DNA from: Longimicrobiales bacterium
GTDB taxonomy: Bacteria; Gemmatimonadota; Gemmatimonadetes; Longimicrobiales; Gaopeijiaceae
NCBI GenBank assembly: GCA_965248195.1
Contig: CBDFIQ010000001.1
Location: 1,216,001-1,280,000 of the forward strand
Direction of reading: 5' to 3'
DNA: 64,000 nucleotides
Positions 28,018 through 38,980 of the stretch are shown one piece after another. The position numbers were made by a program, and so were the translations under genes. Position 1 is the first letter of the stretch, and each line of letters begins with the position of its first letter. The notes under the pieces were generated by a model, which saw nothing but the letters and a program-made list of their open reading frames with translations, was not told the origin of the DNA and made no database searches.

Positions 28018-29964
28018 GTGACGGCCCGGACCCCGATCTTCCGCAGCCCCCTCCTGGCGGCTGTCGTCGCCGTCTTGCTCGCGGCTACGGGCGAGGGGAC
28101 CGCCCAGGCCGGGCCCACCGGAGGTGAGTGGCCGGTCTACGGGGGAGATCTCGGGAGCACCCGATATTCTCCTCTGGACCAGATCGACGCCTCCAACGTG
28201 GGCGAGCTGGAGATCGCGTGGCGGTGGTCGGCCCGGAACTTCGGGCCCAGGCCCGAGGGCAACTACCGGGTCACTCCCATCATGGTCGACGGCGTCCTCT
28301 TTGCCACCGCCGGTTCCCGTCGAGCCGCAGTGGCCATCGACGCCGGCAGCGGAGAAACCCTCTGGGTCCACCGGATGGACGAGGGTGAGCGGGGAAGGAG
28401 CGCACCCCGGATCAGCTCGGGCCGGGGCGTGGCCTACTGGAACCCCGGCGACGGGGGCGAGTCCCGGATCTTCTACATAACCCCAGGCTATCACATGATC
28501 GCCCTCGACGTGTCCACGGGACGACCGTTACCCAACTTCGGCCGGGACGGCGTCGTCGACCTGGCGGAGAACCTCCGAACCCGGCAGGGTCTCGATCCCG
28601 TCGGTACCATCGGCTCGTCTTCGCCTCCGGTGATCGTCGGGGACGTGGTCGTGGTCGGATCGGCCCAGATCAGCGGCCGGCGTCACCTTTCACCTACCGC
28701 CATCCCGGGCGACGTCCGCGGTTATTCCGCACGAACGGGCGATTTGCTCTGGACCTTCCACGTCGTGCCTGAGGACGGGGAACCGGGAGCGGAAACTTGG
28801 GAAAACGATTCCAACGAGTACACGGGACACGCCGGCGTGTGGACCACTTTCTCGGCCGATCCGGATCTGGGTCTTGTCTACTTGCCCACCGAGGCACCCA
28901 CCCATGATTGGTACGGCGGAGACCGCCCGGGCGACAACCTCTATTCAAGCAGCTTGGTGGCGCTCGACGTCGAGACCGGCGAGGTGGTGTGGCACTACCA
29001 GCTCGTGCATCACGACATCTGGGACTTCGACACCCCGGCGGCGCCGATCCTTGTAGACATCGAGGTGGACGGCCGACCCATCAGGGCGGTCGTGCAGATC
29101 ACCAAGCAGGGTTGGGCCTACGTCTTCGACCGGGAAACGGGTGAGCCGGTCTGGCCCATCGAGGAACGCACAGTTCCGCAGTCGGACATTCCGGAAGAGC
29201 GCACTTCAGCCACCCAGCCCTTCCCCACGAAGCCGCCGGCCTTCACGCGACAAGGTGTGCAAGAGGACGACCTCATCGACTTTACGCCCGAGCTACGCGA
29301 GAGGGCGAGGGAAGTCGTGGCGGATCTGGAGTTCGGCTCGCTCTTCAGTCCGGCCAGACTGTTGGATCCCGACAACGGATACCGCGGCACGCTGAGGGTT
29401 CCGCGCTCGACCGGTGGGGCCAACTGGGAGGGAGGTGCGGTCGATCCCGAGACCGGTGTCCTGTACGTGGCCTCCCAGATGGGTCCGCGGGTGGAGGCGT
29501 TGGAGCCTGCCCGCGAAGGTGTCGAGGCGGACTACACGGTGGCGTCCGTCGGTGTACCCCTGAGCGTCGACGGGCTTCCCATCCTGAAGCCCCCTTACGG
29601 CCAAATCACGGCCATCGACCTGAACCGGGGCGAGATCCTCTGGCAGATTGCGAACGCGGATACGCCGGACGAGATCGCGAACCATCCGGCCCTCGCCGGG
29701 ATCGATCTGCCCCGCACCGGGCGTCCGGCCCGGGTCGGGCAGCTCGCGACCCGGACCTTGCTCTTCGCCGGGGAGGGCGTCGGCGGGAAGCCGATCCTCC
29801 GGGCTCACGACAAGGCCACTGGTGAGATCCTGGCCGAGATCGAGCTCCCCGCCCCCCAGACCGGCCTCCCCATGTCGTACATGCTCGACGGGACCCAGTA
29901 CGTGGTGGTAGCCGTGGGAGACCGAAACAATCCTGCCGAGTTCGTGGCCTTCAGACTTCCTTAG
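28018..29964 (+). CDS. Secreted PQQ-dependent dehydrogenase (Gcd-like)
   Basis: TRYSPLDQID, VTPI, SSPP, PGDVRGY, HHDIWDFD, GGANWEG, KPPYG. Confidence 0.92.
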   Translation: MTARTPIFRSPLLAAVVAVLLAATGEGTAQAGPTGGEWPVYGGDLGSTRYSPLDQIDASNVGELEIAWRWSARNFGPRPEGNYRVTPIMVDGVLFATAGSRRAAVAIDAGSGETLWVHRMDEGERGRSAPRISSGRGVAYWNPGDGGESRIFYITPGYHMIALDVSTGRPLPNFGRDGVVDLAENLRTRQGLDPVGTIGSSSPPVIVGDVVVVGSAQISGRRHLSPTAIPGDVRGYSARTGDLLWTFHVVPEDGEPGAETWENDSNEYTGHAGVWTTFSADPDLGLVYLPTEAPTHDWYGGDRPGDNLYSSSLVALDVETGEVVWHYQLVHHDIWDFDTPAAPILVDIEVDGRPIRAVVQITKQGWAYVFDRETGEPVWPIEERTVPQSDIPEERTSATQPFPTKPPAFTRQGVQEDDLIDFTPELRERAREVVADLEFGSLFSPARLLDPDNGYRGTLRVPRSTGGANWEGGAVDPETGVLYVASQMGPRVEALEPAREGVEADYTVASVGVPLSVDGLPILKPPYGQITAIDLNRGEILWQIANADTPDEIANHPALAGIDLPRTGRPARVGQLATRTLLFAGEGVGGKPILRAHDKATGEILAEIELPAPQTGLPMSYMLDGTQYVVVAVGDRNNPAEFVAFRLP

Positions 29965-30314
29965 CAGGCCGATGAAGGAGTGCCGCGCAGCGTGCGCGGC
30001 GGCCACCGGGTCGGCGGATACGAGCGTACTTGCGCGGCCATGTGCCGGTTTCCGAAGTCTTCGGGGCGGGTCGTCTGGACCCTGCGAAATGGTGGCAGGA
30101 CGTATCCGGCGATCGCCCAGCGAGGTGGCTCTCCTAGTTTCCCCATCGGGGATCGTGGAAATCCCCGCCACGCTTGACGCTTGCGCACCCACAGTAGGAT
30201 CGCCACTGTACTTTTTTATATCACCCTGATTTAGGGGCCGTACCCGCTTTCCCAGGACGTTGGGCGAGCAAACATTCCGAGCGAATTACTTCGGGAGTGG
30301 GTGCTGATTTCGTA

Positions 30315-30384
30315 GGTGCCGCGGACCTGAAAGCGGCACCGGGACTACCGTGATCGGACGGAGGCGGCTCAGTTGGAGCCGAGC
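30315..30384 (+). promoter_or_regulatory. Structured 5' leader element of susC2
   Basis: GGTGCCGC/GCGGCACC hairpin, then CCGT-GATCGG-ACGG and CGGCTC-AGTTG-GAGCCG hairpins that are homologous to the susC1 leader. Confidence 0.45.
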
Positions 30385-30414
30385 GCCTGTCTTCTTCAAG
30401 ATGGAGGATGTGAA

Positions 30415-33400
30415 ATGTCCAGATTGATTCGTTTGTGTATGACGCGAGTTCTGGGAGCGCTGGCGGCGGCAATATTGATCGCCGCGACAGGTCTCATGGC
30501 TCAACAAGGCGGCACAATCACCGGCCGAGTCACCGATACGCGGAGCGGACTGCCGGTCGTGTCAGTCCAGATCTTCATCCAGAGCTTGGACCTCGGCGGC
30601 CTCTCGCAGCAGAATGGCCGCTACCTGCTTCAGAACGTTCCCGCGGGCACGCACGAGCTCAGCGTGGCGCGGATCGGTTACCGCACGATCGCGCAGCAGG
30701 TCACGGTGGGTGGTGGCCAGACGGTGGAGCTCAACTTCGAAATCGCTGAGGAAGCGCTGGCGCTCGACGAGATCATCGTCACCGGGACGGCGGGTGGCAC
30801 ACAGCGGCGGGCTATCGGGAACGTCGTGGAACGACTCGATGCGGCGGCGATTCAGGAAATCGCTCCGGTGACCAGCGTAGAGCAGATGCTCACCGCGCGG
30901 GTTCCGGGATTGTCCATGCAGTCTGCGGGTGGAACGATTGGGGGCGGACAGGCTCAAATCCGGATCCGGGGCTCCTCGAGCGTCGGACTCGTCAACGATC
31001 CCCTGGTCTACATCGACGGCGTACGGATGAACATCGACCGTGAGGAGGGTCGCAGGCAGACGGCGGGTAGGCTGAACGACATCAATCCCGAAGACATCGA
31101 GAGCATCGAGGTGATCAAGGGTCCCGCAGCTGCCACGCTTTACGGGACGGAAGCGTCCAACGGGGTGATTCAGATCATCACGAAGCGGGGTGCGCAGGGC
31201 GACGTGCAGTTCAACGTAACCGCCGGGCTCGGGATGAATTACCTGAGAGATCCGTCGAGCCAGGTGTTCACGAATTACGGCACGGGCGCCAACGGCGAAC
31301 TGCTCATGATGAACATCGTCGATGCCGAGGAACAGCGTTTCGGTCAGCCGTTGTTCAGAAACGGGCTTCTGCAGGAGTACAGCCTGTCGGCACAAGGCGG
31401 AACGGACCGGATCCGCTACTTCGCTTCCTTCAATCGAAACGACCAGAACGGTTGGGTTCGATGGAACTGGGACACGAGCCAGACGGGACGGCTTAACCTC
31501 GACCTTACGGTCGACGACCGGCTCTCGATCGGGATCAACAGCTCCCTGATGAGCGGGTTGACGCGGTTGGCCGGCGATTTCTGGGTACAGACCATGAGGG
31601 GGTCCCCCGAGGATGCTGGGGACTTCGGGGGGATTGACACTCGGCTCCGGGGCTTTGGATCGCGCACGCCCGAGGGGATAAGTGACTTCCGCACATGGAT
31701 GTTCGATACGGAGCGCAAGAACGCGAGCGTTCGGGTCCAGTACGCCCCGGTGCCCTGGTTCCAGAACCGACTCGTTTATGGAGTCGACCTCACGGATCAG
31801 GTCGAAAACATCACCCTCCTCCGCGAACCCGACGCGCCAAACGGGGAATGGAGGAATCGCGGACTCGGGGAGAGAGACGTCTTCAGCCTCGAGACCCAAC
31901 TCCAGACTCTGGACTATGCAGGAACTGTGAGTTACAACGCCACGGACCAACTCGGGACCGCCACGTCGTTCGGGTTCCAGTACTACAAGAAGCGCGTGTG
32001 GGACGTCCGTTCCGAGGGTGAAGAGTTCGCCACATCAGGGTTGAGCACCGTGGGCGCAGCTGCAAGGGTCGACGCTTTCGAGGACGTGATTGAAAACGTG
32101 ACCGTAGGCTTCTACGTCCAGGAGCAGTTCAGCTGGGAGGACCGACTCTTCCTGACGGGCGCCGTTCGCATCGACGAAAACAGTGCTTTCGGTACGGACT
32201 TCGGCGCGCAGACCTACCCCAAGGTGAGCGGGGCCTGGGTGATCAGCGAGGAGTCGTTCTGGAACGTCGGCTTCCTGAATCCGCTCCGGCTGAGAGGGGC
32301 GTGGGGACAAGCCGGGAGGCAGCCGGACACCTTCGCTTCTACGCAGATCTACCGTCCAGTGACGGGTACGGGTGGCCTACCCGCAGTGACCCCGAGAAAC
32401 TTGGGCAACGCGAATCTAGGTCCGGAGAAGGGTCAGGAGCTCGAGGTCGGATTTGACGCCAGCTTCTGGGACGAGCGGATCTCGGTTGGGTTCACGCAGT
32501 ACTGGAGGTCCACGAAAGACGCGATCGTGGCTGCACCAATAAGACCTTCCCTGGGGTTCCCGGGCACACAGTTCATCAACGTTGGCCAGATCGACAACTG
32601 GGGCACCGAGGTCACTTTGGGCCTCCAAGTCCTGCGGGAGAACCCGTTGCGCTGGGATGTGGGCGTCACATTCGCGTACAATGACAACGAGATCGTCTCC
32701 CTTGGGGACATCGACCGAATCCCGATACGGCGAGGCAGAGAGCACGTCGTGGGATATCCGCTGGCCGGGTTCCACGCTGTAAGGGTCGTCTCCGCAGACT
32801 TCGTGTCGGGCACCAGCGGACCCGTGACCAACCGCATGTGCGATGCTGGGATCCCCTCCGGGGGAGGGTTCCTGCAGGGCGGGGCCACCGTCGACTGTGA
32901 CGATGCCAATCGCGTCAATCGCGTCTATTGGGGTCCGACCCACTCTACGTGGACGGTCAACGCGACCTCGACGTGGACCGTGCTCGAGGACTGGAGGCTC
33001 TTCGTCTCTGTCACAGGTCAAGGCGGCGGATTGCTGCATGCAGACCAGGTCCCCGCGAAGCACACGAGTTGGAGGAACTCCCTGGCCATCCAGGAACAGA
33101 CCGATCCGATCTTCATGGGTCAGCTTGCCGAGATCCGAGATCCCACGGGATTGATCGATAATGGGTATCTCAACGTCCAGGAAGTGGGCCTCCAGTATCA
33201 GCTTCCACTCGCGTGGGCTGAGCGAATGGGCGCGTCACGGGCATCCATAGCTTTCGCCGCCAGAAACCTCGGCTTCCTCTGGCGCCAGGAGTGGAACACC
33301 AAAATCGGGGACGTGAGAGTGCCCGATGTCAGGCAGGGCCTCGGGAACCAGGAGTTTAGCGGACAGCAGGACTCGCAGGCCCCGCTGTCGTCGTCGGCTC

Positions 33401-33426
33401 TCATCAGGTTGAGGATCACTTTCTGA
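30415..33426 (+). CDS. susC: SusC/RagA-family TonB-dependent transporter 2
   Basis: Same plug signature as susC1, C-terminal Phe, GGAGGA RBS. Confidence 0.95.
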   Translation: MSRLIRLCMTRVLGALAAAILIAATGLMAQQGGTITGRVTDTRSGLPVVSVQIFIQSLDLGGLSQQNGRYLLQNVPAGTHELSVARIGYRTIAQQVTVGGGQTVELNFEIAEEALALDEIIVTGTAGGTQRRAIGNVVERLDAAAIQEIAPVTSVEQMLTARVPGLSMQSAGGTIGGGQAQIRIRGSSSVGLVNDPLVYIDGVRMNIDREEGRRQTAGRLNDINPEDIESIEVIKGPAAATLYGTEASNGVIQIITKRGAQGDVQFNVTAGLGMNYLRDPSSQVFTNYGTGANGELLMMNIVDAEEQRFGQPLFRNGLLQEYSLSAQGGTDRIRYFASFNRNDQNGWVRWNWDTSQTGRLNLDLTVDDRLSIGINSSLMSGLTRLAGDFWVQTMRGSPEDAGDFGGIDTRLRGFGSRTPEGISDFRTWMFDTERKNASVRVQYAPVPWFQNRLVYGVDLTDQVENITLLREPDAPNGEWRNRGLGERDVFSLETQLQTLDYAGTVSYNATDQLGTATSFGFQYYKKRVWDVRSEGEEFATSGLSTVGAAARVDAFEDVIENVTVGFYVQEQFSWEDRLFLTGAVRIDENSAFGTDFGAQTYPKVSGAWVISEESFWNVGFLNPLRLRGAWGQAGRQPDTFASTQIYRPVTGTGGLPAVTPRNLGNANLGPEKGQELEVGFDASFWDERISVGFTQYWRSTKDAIVAAPIRPSLGFPGTQFINVGQIDNWGTEVTLGLQVLRENPLRWDVGVTFAYNDNEIVSLGDIDRIPIRRGREHVVGYPLAGFHAVRVVSADFVSGTSGPVTNRMCDAGIPSGGGFLQGGATVDCDDANRVNRVYWGPTHSTWTVNATSTWTVLEDWRLFVSVTGQGGGLLHADQVPAKHTSWRNSLAIQEQTDPIFMGQLAEIRDPTGLIDNGYLNVQEVGLQYQLPLAWAERMGASRASIAFAARNLGFLWRQEWNTKIGDVRVPDVRQGLGNQEFSGQQDSQAPLSSSALIRLRITF

Positions 33427-33510
33427 TAAGCGGGCAGTGTGCGGTAATGACCGTGAAAATGCTGGAGGGAATCCGAAGGGCACCTGAAACGGCTACAGAC
33501 GAGGAAACTG

Positions 33511-34836
33511 ATGATAAACTTGAATAATACCTTGGATAAGAGAAGAAGCCGGGGCTGTCCCGCGGGTAGTCGGTGGCGTCGCGCCGGGACCTTGGGGGCA
33601 TGCGCGCTCGGGGTCTTCATGGTGGCGGCCTGTGACAGCCTGCTGGAAGTGGAGCTTCCTGGACAGTTAAAGTCGTCAGACCTGGACAATCCCCGGCTGG
33701 CAGACGTGCTGGTCAGGAGTGTCCAGTCCGACTTCGACTGTGCGCTGTCGACCTATGTCTGGGCCGGCGGTCTATGGGGCCACGACCTGTATCAGAGCGA
33801 CAATTTCAGCCGGGGCCGCTTGACCCAGCTTCGGTCCAACGAGGTCTTGACCTTCGAACAGGATGAGTGCAACGAATTCACCTTTCCGCAAATCTATCTT
33901 CCGTTCCAGATCGTGCGCTTTCAGGGAGAGGAAGCAGTGAGGCTGATCGAGGGCTTCCCCGACGGCGAAGTTGAAGACAAGGACTTCCTACTCGGCAAGG
34001 CGCACGCCTATACGGGCTATGCCTACGAGATCCTGGGCGAAACCATGTGCGAGATGGCGTTCGACGGTGGTCCGGTCGCAACGCGTCAATCCGCGATGGA
34101 GACCGCGAAGCTCCGGTTCACGTCGGCGATCGACCACGCGAGTCTGGTCACCTCCGGCCCGAACGTCGCCGAGGCTCTCGAGATCGTCAACATGGCGTTG
34201 GTCGGTCGGGCGAGGGCGAGCCTGAACCTAGGGGATGTTGCCGGAGTATTGGCGGACGCGGGCGCGGTGGACGCGGACTTCGTCCGATTCGCGGACATGG
34301 ACGATAGCGATAGTCGGCGTTACAACCAGGTGCACAACAGAAACGAGCGGGCTGGGGGAAACTCTACGGTGCACCCGAGCTACGGGAACCTGATGGTGGG
34401 CGGTGTGCCGGACCCCAGGGTGGACGTCGTGTTCCAGCCCAACGTAATCCCATTCGACGGGGTTTCGGAAGTCTGGTATCAATTCAAGTATCCGGATAGG
34501 AGTGCCGACATTCCATTTTCCTCCTGGCGCGAGGCCCAGCTCATGATCGCGGAGGTAGATCCGGTGCAGTCCGTGGCGATCATCAACAATCTCCGTTCGG
34601 CCCCTTGGGGTTTGCCTGCGTACACCGCCGGGACTGCGGCCGAGGTTTTCGCGCAGGTGTGGGAGGAGCGGCGGCGAGAGCTCTTCCTGCAAGGAACCAA
34701 GATCGGAGACATGCTGCGGCTCGACATTCCCGGAGTCTCGACGGATGACTTCGAGACTGGTGTAAACCAGCGAGGCAACCCGTACGGACCGCACACCTGC
34801 TATCCCTTGCCGGATCAGGAGACTCTCGCTTTGTGA
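33511..34836 (+). CDS. susD: SusD/RagB-like lipoprotein 2
   Basis: Lipobox [28 protein letters not shown]. Confidence 0.88.
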   Translation: MINLNNTLDKRRSRGCPAGSRWRRAGTLGACALGVFMVAACDSLLEVELPGQLKSSDLDNPRLADVLVRSVQSDFDCALSTYVWAGGLWGHDLYQSDNFSRGRLTQLRSNEVLTFEQDECNEFTFPQIYLPFQIVRFQGEEAVRLIEGFPDGEVEDKDFLLGKAHAYTGYAYEILGETMCEMAFDGGPVATRQSAMETAKLRFTSAIDHASLVTSGPNVAEALEIVNMALVGRARASLNLGDVAGVLADAGAVDADFVRFADMDDSDSRRYNQVHNRNERAGGNSTVHPSYGNLMVGGVPDPRVDVVFQPNVIPFDGVSEVWYQFKYPDRSADIPFSSWREAQLMIAEVDPVQSVAIINNLRSAPWGLPAYTAGTAAEVFAQVWEERRRELFLQGTKIGDMLRLDIPGVSTDDFETGVNQRGNPYGPHTCYPLPDQETLAL

Positions 34837-37064
34837 GTCCCAAAATGAAGGCTGATTGGAGGGCCGGGAGGGGCTGGAGCGCACTGCCCCTGGTGGGTGT
34901 CGCTGTCGTGGCGGGCTGGTTGACCTCGTGCTCGACGGCGGAAGTCCACGAGCCGCAACAGACTTCCTACACGGACGCCCAGGCCCGTGCGGGTGCGGCG
35001 GTGTACTTCACGACATGCGCGAGCTGTCACCTCACGAACTTTCAGGGATTCGGTGAAGCTCCGGCGTTGGCGGGCCCTGATTTCCTGAATACGTGGGGTC
35101 CCCGGCCGGTGGCCGAGCTCCTGGAGTTGGTCGGGGCGTCCATGCCTCCTACGGCTCCCCAGTCCCTTTCGGACGAGGAATACACGTCGGTGGTGGCTTA
35201 CCTGCTGAGCGTGAACGGAGTGGAGGCGTCCGGAACCCAGCTCACCTCATCGTCCTCCGGGCCGGTCTTTGCTGGGATGGAAGCCGCCGAAGAGGTCGGC
35301 CCCAGTAGGCCGCCGTCCCCAGGCACGCCCGGCAATGTGCCCTCGCCCAACGCTTTCGACCGGCCTCCGCCACCCTCCGGCGAGGTCACCGAGATCCCTA
35401 CAGGCCGCGTCGTGACCTATCGTCCCGTGGAGGAGTTCGCCCCGGTGTTGCCAGGCGATCTGACTTCCCCCCCCGACGCGGATTGGCTGCACTGGCGCCG
35501 AACCCTGGATGGCCAGGGCTACAGTCCCCTTTCCCAGATCAACGGGAGCAATGTCGACGACCTGCAGCTCGCATGGGCGTGGGGCATGGAGCCTGGAACG
35601 AGCCAGACTACACCCTTAGTCCGGGACGGAGTCCTCTACCTTGCCAGCCAAGGCAATGTGATCCAAGCCTTGGACGCGGCGGAAGGCACGCTGCTTTGGG
35701 AGTACCGTCGGCGATTCCCGGAGGGGAGAGGGGGTGGAGCCGACTCCCGGAGCGTGCGAAGTCTGGCGATCTTCGAAGACCTGATTATCCTCGCCACGAG
35801 GGACGCCGCCCTCGTTGCGTTGGACGCCCGTACCGGTAAGCCTCGGTGGGAGACCCAGGTGGCCGACTGGGAAGAGGGATTCAACTACACCTCCGGATCC
35901 ATCGTCGCCGACGGGAAGATCCTCAACGGAATGAGAGGGTGCAGGAGCTTCGGAAGTAGCTGTTTCATCACGGCCCACGATGCGAAAACGGGTGAAGAAC
36001 TCTGGCGCACGCATACGATCGCGCGCCCCGGCGAGCCGGGTGGGGACACGTGGGGCGATCTTCCCATGGAGCTCCGGGCGGGCGTGGACGTTTGGATCCC
36101 CGGGACTTACGACCCGGAATTGGGGTTGGTCTACTACGGCACCGCCCAATCCAAGCCATGGATGGCAGTAAGTAGGGGGCTCACGACGGCCGACTCCACC
36201 CTGTACGCGAACTCGACACTGGCCCTCGACATCGATACGGGCGAGATCGTCTGGTACTTCACACACGTGCCCGGAGAGTCTCTGGATCTGGACGAGGCCT
36301 ATGAGCGAGTGCTTGTCGACGTAGACGACCGCCCGGTGGTCCTCAGCATCGGAAAGAACGGAATCCTCTGGAAGCTGGACCGGAGGGACGGCGCCTTCCT
36401 AGATCTGAAAGAGACCGTCTACCAGGACATCTTCGAGGAGATCGACCGGCAAGAGGGGTGGGTGCGCTACAGGGAAGACATCCGGAACATGCAGTTCGAC
36501 GAGTGGCTCTCCGTCTGTCCTGGCACAGCTGGTGGGCATAACTGGCACTCGACCGCCTACCATCCCGGGGCGCAGTTGCTCGTGATCCCCCTGAGCCAGA
36601 GCTGTATGGACATGATTCCGCGGGAAGTGGCGCTCGAGGAGGGCCGAGGCGGCTCAGGGGGCACACGCATGTGGCGGGAGAGCCCGGTCACGGACCAGCT
36701 CGGGAAGCTCGCGGCTTACGACGTATCTACCATGGAGGAGGTCTGGAGCGTCGAGCAGCGTGCGCCTTTCCTCACCAGCGTGCTGACCACCGGAGGAGGG
36801 CTCGCCTTTGCGGGCGACTACGACCGCCGTTTCCGGGCGTACGACGTCGAGACGGGCCAGGTGCTCTGGGAAACTCGCCTCGCCAGATCCGCGGAAGGGT
36901 TTCCGATCAGCTACGAGGTCGACGGCGTGCAGTACGTGGCCGTTCCCGCGGGGCAAGGAGGCGGAAGCCCTTGGCGGATCCCGACTTTCCTCGGCGCCGA
37001 GATGATCCAGCCCGAGGGAGACGGGCACAACGCGCTCTATGTTTTCCGGCTCCCGACCCGGTGA
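34833..37064 (+). CDS. Lipoprotein with an N-terminal cytochrome c fused to a PQQ alcohol-dehydrogenase-type domain
   Basis: Lipobox LTSC, CASCH..MPP, Pro-rich linker, [31 protein letters not shown]. Confidence 0.9.
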   Translation: MSPKMKADWRAGRGWSALPLVGVAVVAGWLTSCSTAEVHEPQQTSYTDAQARAGAAVYFTTCASCHLTNFQGFGEAPALAGPDFLNTWGPRPVAELLELVGASMPPTAPQSLSDEEYTSVVAYLLSVNGVEASGTQLTSSSSGPVFAGMEAAEEVGPSRPPSPGTPGNVPSPNAFDRPPPPSGEVTEIPTGRVVTYRPVEEFAPVLPGDLTSPPDADWLHWRRTLDGQGYSPLSQINGSNVDDLQLAWAWGMEPGTSQTTPLVRDGVLYLASQGNVIQALDAAEGTLLWEYRRRFPEGRGGGADSRSVRSLAIFEDLIILATRDAALVALDARTGKPRWETQVADWEEGFNYTSGSIVADGKILNGMRGCRSFGSSCFITAHDAKTGEELWRTHTIARPGEPGGDTWGDLPMELRAGVDVWIPGTYDPELGLVYYGTAQSKPWMAVSRGLTTADSTLYANSTLALDIDTGEIVWYFTHVPGESLDLDEAYERVLVDVDDRPVVLSIGKNGILWKLDRRDGAFLDLKETVYQDIFEEIDRQEGWVRYREDIRNMQFDEWLSVCPGTAGGHNWHSTAYHPGAQLLVIPLSQSCMDMIPREVALEEGRGGSGGTRMWRESPVTDQLGKLAAYDVSTMEEVWSVEQRAPFLTSVLTTGGGLAFAGDYDRRFRAYDVETGQVLWETRLARSAEGFPISYEVDGVQYVAVPAGQGGGSPWRIPTFLGAEMIQPEGDGHNALYVFRLPTR

Positions 37065-37123
37065 GCGCGCGGAGCAGTCCCGGCCTCGCCGGGGTTGAGG
37101 TAGGAGTGGAGCGGACACGCCTC

Positions 37124-37170
37124 TTGTGAATCACACTTAAGAGGGGCTTCGGCCGATTGTGAATCACACT
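37124..37170. promoter_or_regulatory. Two copies of the palindromic box TTGTGAATCACACT, a candidate operator
   Basis: Identical 14-mers at 37124-37137 and 37157-37170, each with a TGTGA-N-TCACA core. Confidence 0.6.
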
Positions 37171-37202
37171 CGAGAGAGCTTCGACCGAGGAGAATAGGCG
37201 CT

Positions 37203-38861
37203 TTGGACAAGCACAAGCACGGTGACGGGCGAATTAGCCGAGGGGACTTCCTGAAGAAGGGTTCGACCCTGGGTGTAGGCGCGGCAGCCTTAGGTGGGTT
37301 GGACGGGGGAGACCTGGGAGCCCAGGAGGTCGTATGGGATCGGGAGGCCGATTTCGTCACAGTCGGGGCGGGCACCGCGGGACTCGCCGCTGCCGTCTCG
37401 GCGCTCGATCACGGAGCGTCGGTGATCATGGTTGAGGCGAACACGGACATCGGTGGCCATGGGTTGGTGAGCGGGGGGAATGTTCACCTGGGTGGTGGGA
37501 CCAGTAATCAGCGAAAATTCGGAGTCGAGGATTCGGCGGACCGGGTCTTCGAGGACTGGGTGAGCCCCGACCATGTATTGAGCCGTTACAGCGACAGGGA
37601 CCTGGTACGTGCGTTTGCCGATGAAAACGCCGCCACCTTCGAATTCCTTATCGAGAACGGCGTCCAGTTTCAGGACCACTTGACCGGTCCCGATCGCGCT
37701 TCGACGGTGCGCCGACAGCAACGAACGGTACAATGGCCCATCGCAAGCGAGCGTGTCACGCACAATGCGACCCGAGTCGGCTCCGGTCTCATCAGGGCGC
37801 TGGAGAAGAGCGCGAGAGCGAAAGGTGTGGAGATCCTCTTGGAACACCGCATGACCGGGATCATCCGCGAGAACCCGTTCTCAGGGAGGGTTCTGGGCGT
37901 CACTGCGATGCACCGGGGCGTAAGCGTGAACATCCGTGCGACGAAGGGCGTCTTGGTTGCGACGGGGGGCAGCAGAAGCAACGTCGCCCTTCGCAGGACC
38001 TTCGACCCGAGACTCACCGAGGAGTATCAGGTCGCGGGGGAGCCCTGGTCCAAACAGAGTGGGGACGGAGAACTGGCGGGGATGGCGATCGGAGCGGCGC
38101 TATGGAGCACCGCGAATCAGACTGCCGAGGACATCAGGATAATCTCGAAGACGGCTCGCATCGGGTGTAAGTGGGGCTATGCCAGTCTCATTTGGGAGCC
38201 CGATAGCATGATGTTCCCTCGTGCACGCGCCTCGGGCCTCACCATTCGGGGTTGGCAAGACGCGATCATGGTGAAGCAGACCGGCCGGAGGTTCTGGAAC
38301 GAGATGGACGGAGGGTTCGATTTTTACGCGGCGGCTATGGCGTATAGTGGAGATGATTCTAAGAGGAATGGAGGCGGACCCATCTGGGCCATCTTCGATG
38401 CCGGCGCCGTGGAACGGCAGGGTTGGGATCCCAATCCTCCCTTCGTTGATCGCGACGGCTACTTCTTCAGTGGGGACACGATCGCGGAGCTCGCCGGCAG
38501 GATCGACAACGAGTACCAACTGGAGCCCATGCCGCCGAGGGCTCTCGAAGAAACGGTAGCGAGGTATAACTCCTTCGTGGATACGGGGACCGATCTGGAC
38601 TTCGGAAAGCCCACACCCATGCACAAGATCCAGACGCCGCCGTTCTACGCGGCCTGGTCCACACCGATTCTCCACGACTGCACGACCGGTCTGAGAACGA
38701 ACATGAAAGCCCAGGTCATGGACTACTACGGCCAGGTCATACCCGGCCTCTACTGCGCAGGCGAGTCGCAGGGGGGCTTCGCCCAGCACGGCCTCGGCCG
38801 ATGCCTCGTGTTCGGTCGCATCGCGGGAAGAGACGCGGCATTGAACAGTGGTGAGGCCTAA
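37203..38861 (+). CDS. FAD-dependent oxidoreductase (fumarate reductase flavoprotein / ketosteroid dehydrogenase family) with a Tat-like signal
   Basis: VGAGTAG, GG..VSGG, VATGG, GDG, IPGLYCAGE, FGRIAG. N-terminal SRGDFLK. Confidence 0.88.
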   Translation: MDKHKHGDGRISRGDFLKKGSTLGVGAAALGGLDGGDLGAQEVVWDREADFVTVGAGTAGLAAAVSALDHGASVIMVEANTDIGGHGLVSGGNVHLGGGTSNQRKFGVEDSADRVFEDWVSPDHVLSRYSDRDLVRAFADENAATFEFLIENGVQFQDHLTGPDRASTVRRQQRTVQWPIASERVTHNATRVGSGLIRALEKSARAKGVEILLEHRMTGIIRENPFSGRVLGVTAMHRGVSVNIRATKGVLVATGGSRSNVALRRTFDPRLTEEYQVAGEPWSKQSGDGELAGMAIGAALWSTANQTAEDIRIISKTARIGCKWGYASLIWEPDSMMFPRARASGLTIRGWQDAIMVKQTGRRFWNEMDGGFDFYAAAMAYSGDDSKRNGGGPIWAIFDAGAVERQGWDPNPPFVDRDGYFFSGDTIAELAGRIDNEYQLEPMPPRALEETVARYNSFVDTGTDLDFGKPTPMHKIQTPPFYAAWSTPILHDCTTGLRTNMKAQVMDYYGQVIPGLYCAGESQGGFAQHGLGRCLVFGRIAGRDAALNSGEA

Positions 38862-38980
38862 GAAGTCAGAATCATTTCCCGTTTTGCGTTGGTGGAAATG
38901 GGTTAATACCTTTAGAGGTTTCGCCCCGAGGCCCTCGGTGAGGGTGTTGAGATAATGATGAAGCTCTTTCTAGGAGAGTC

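Noticed and set aside
30174..30200. sigma70 promoter TTGACG/TAGGAT for susC2
   Set aside because: The spacer is only 15 nt, too weak to call.
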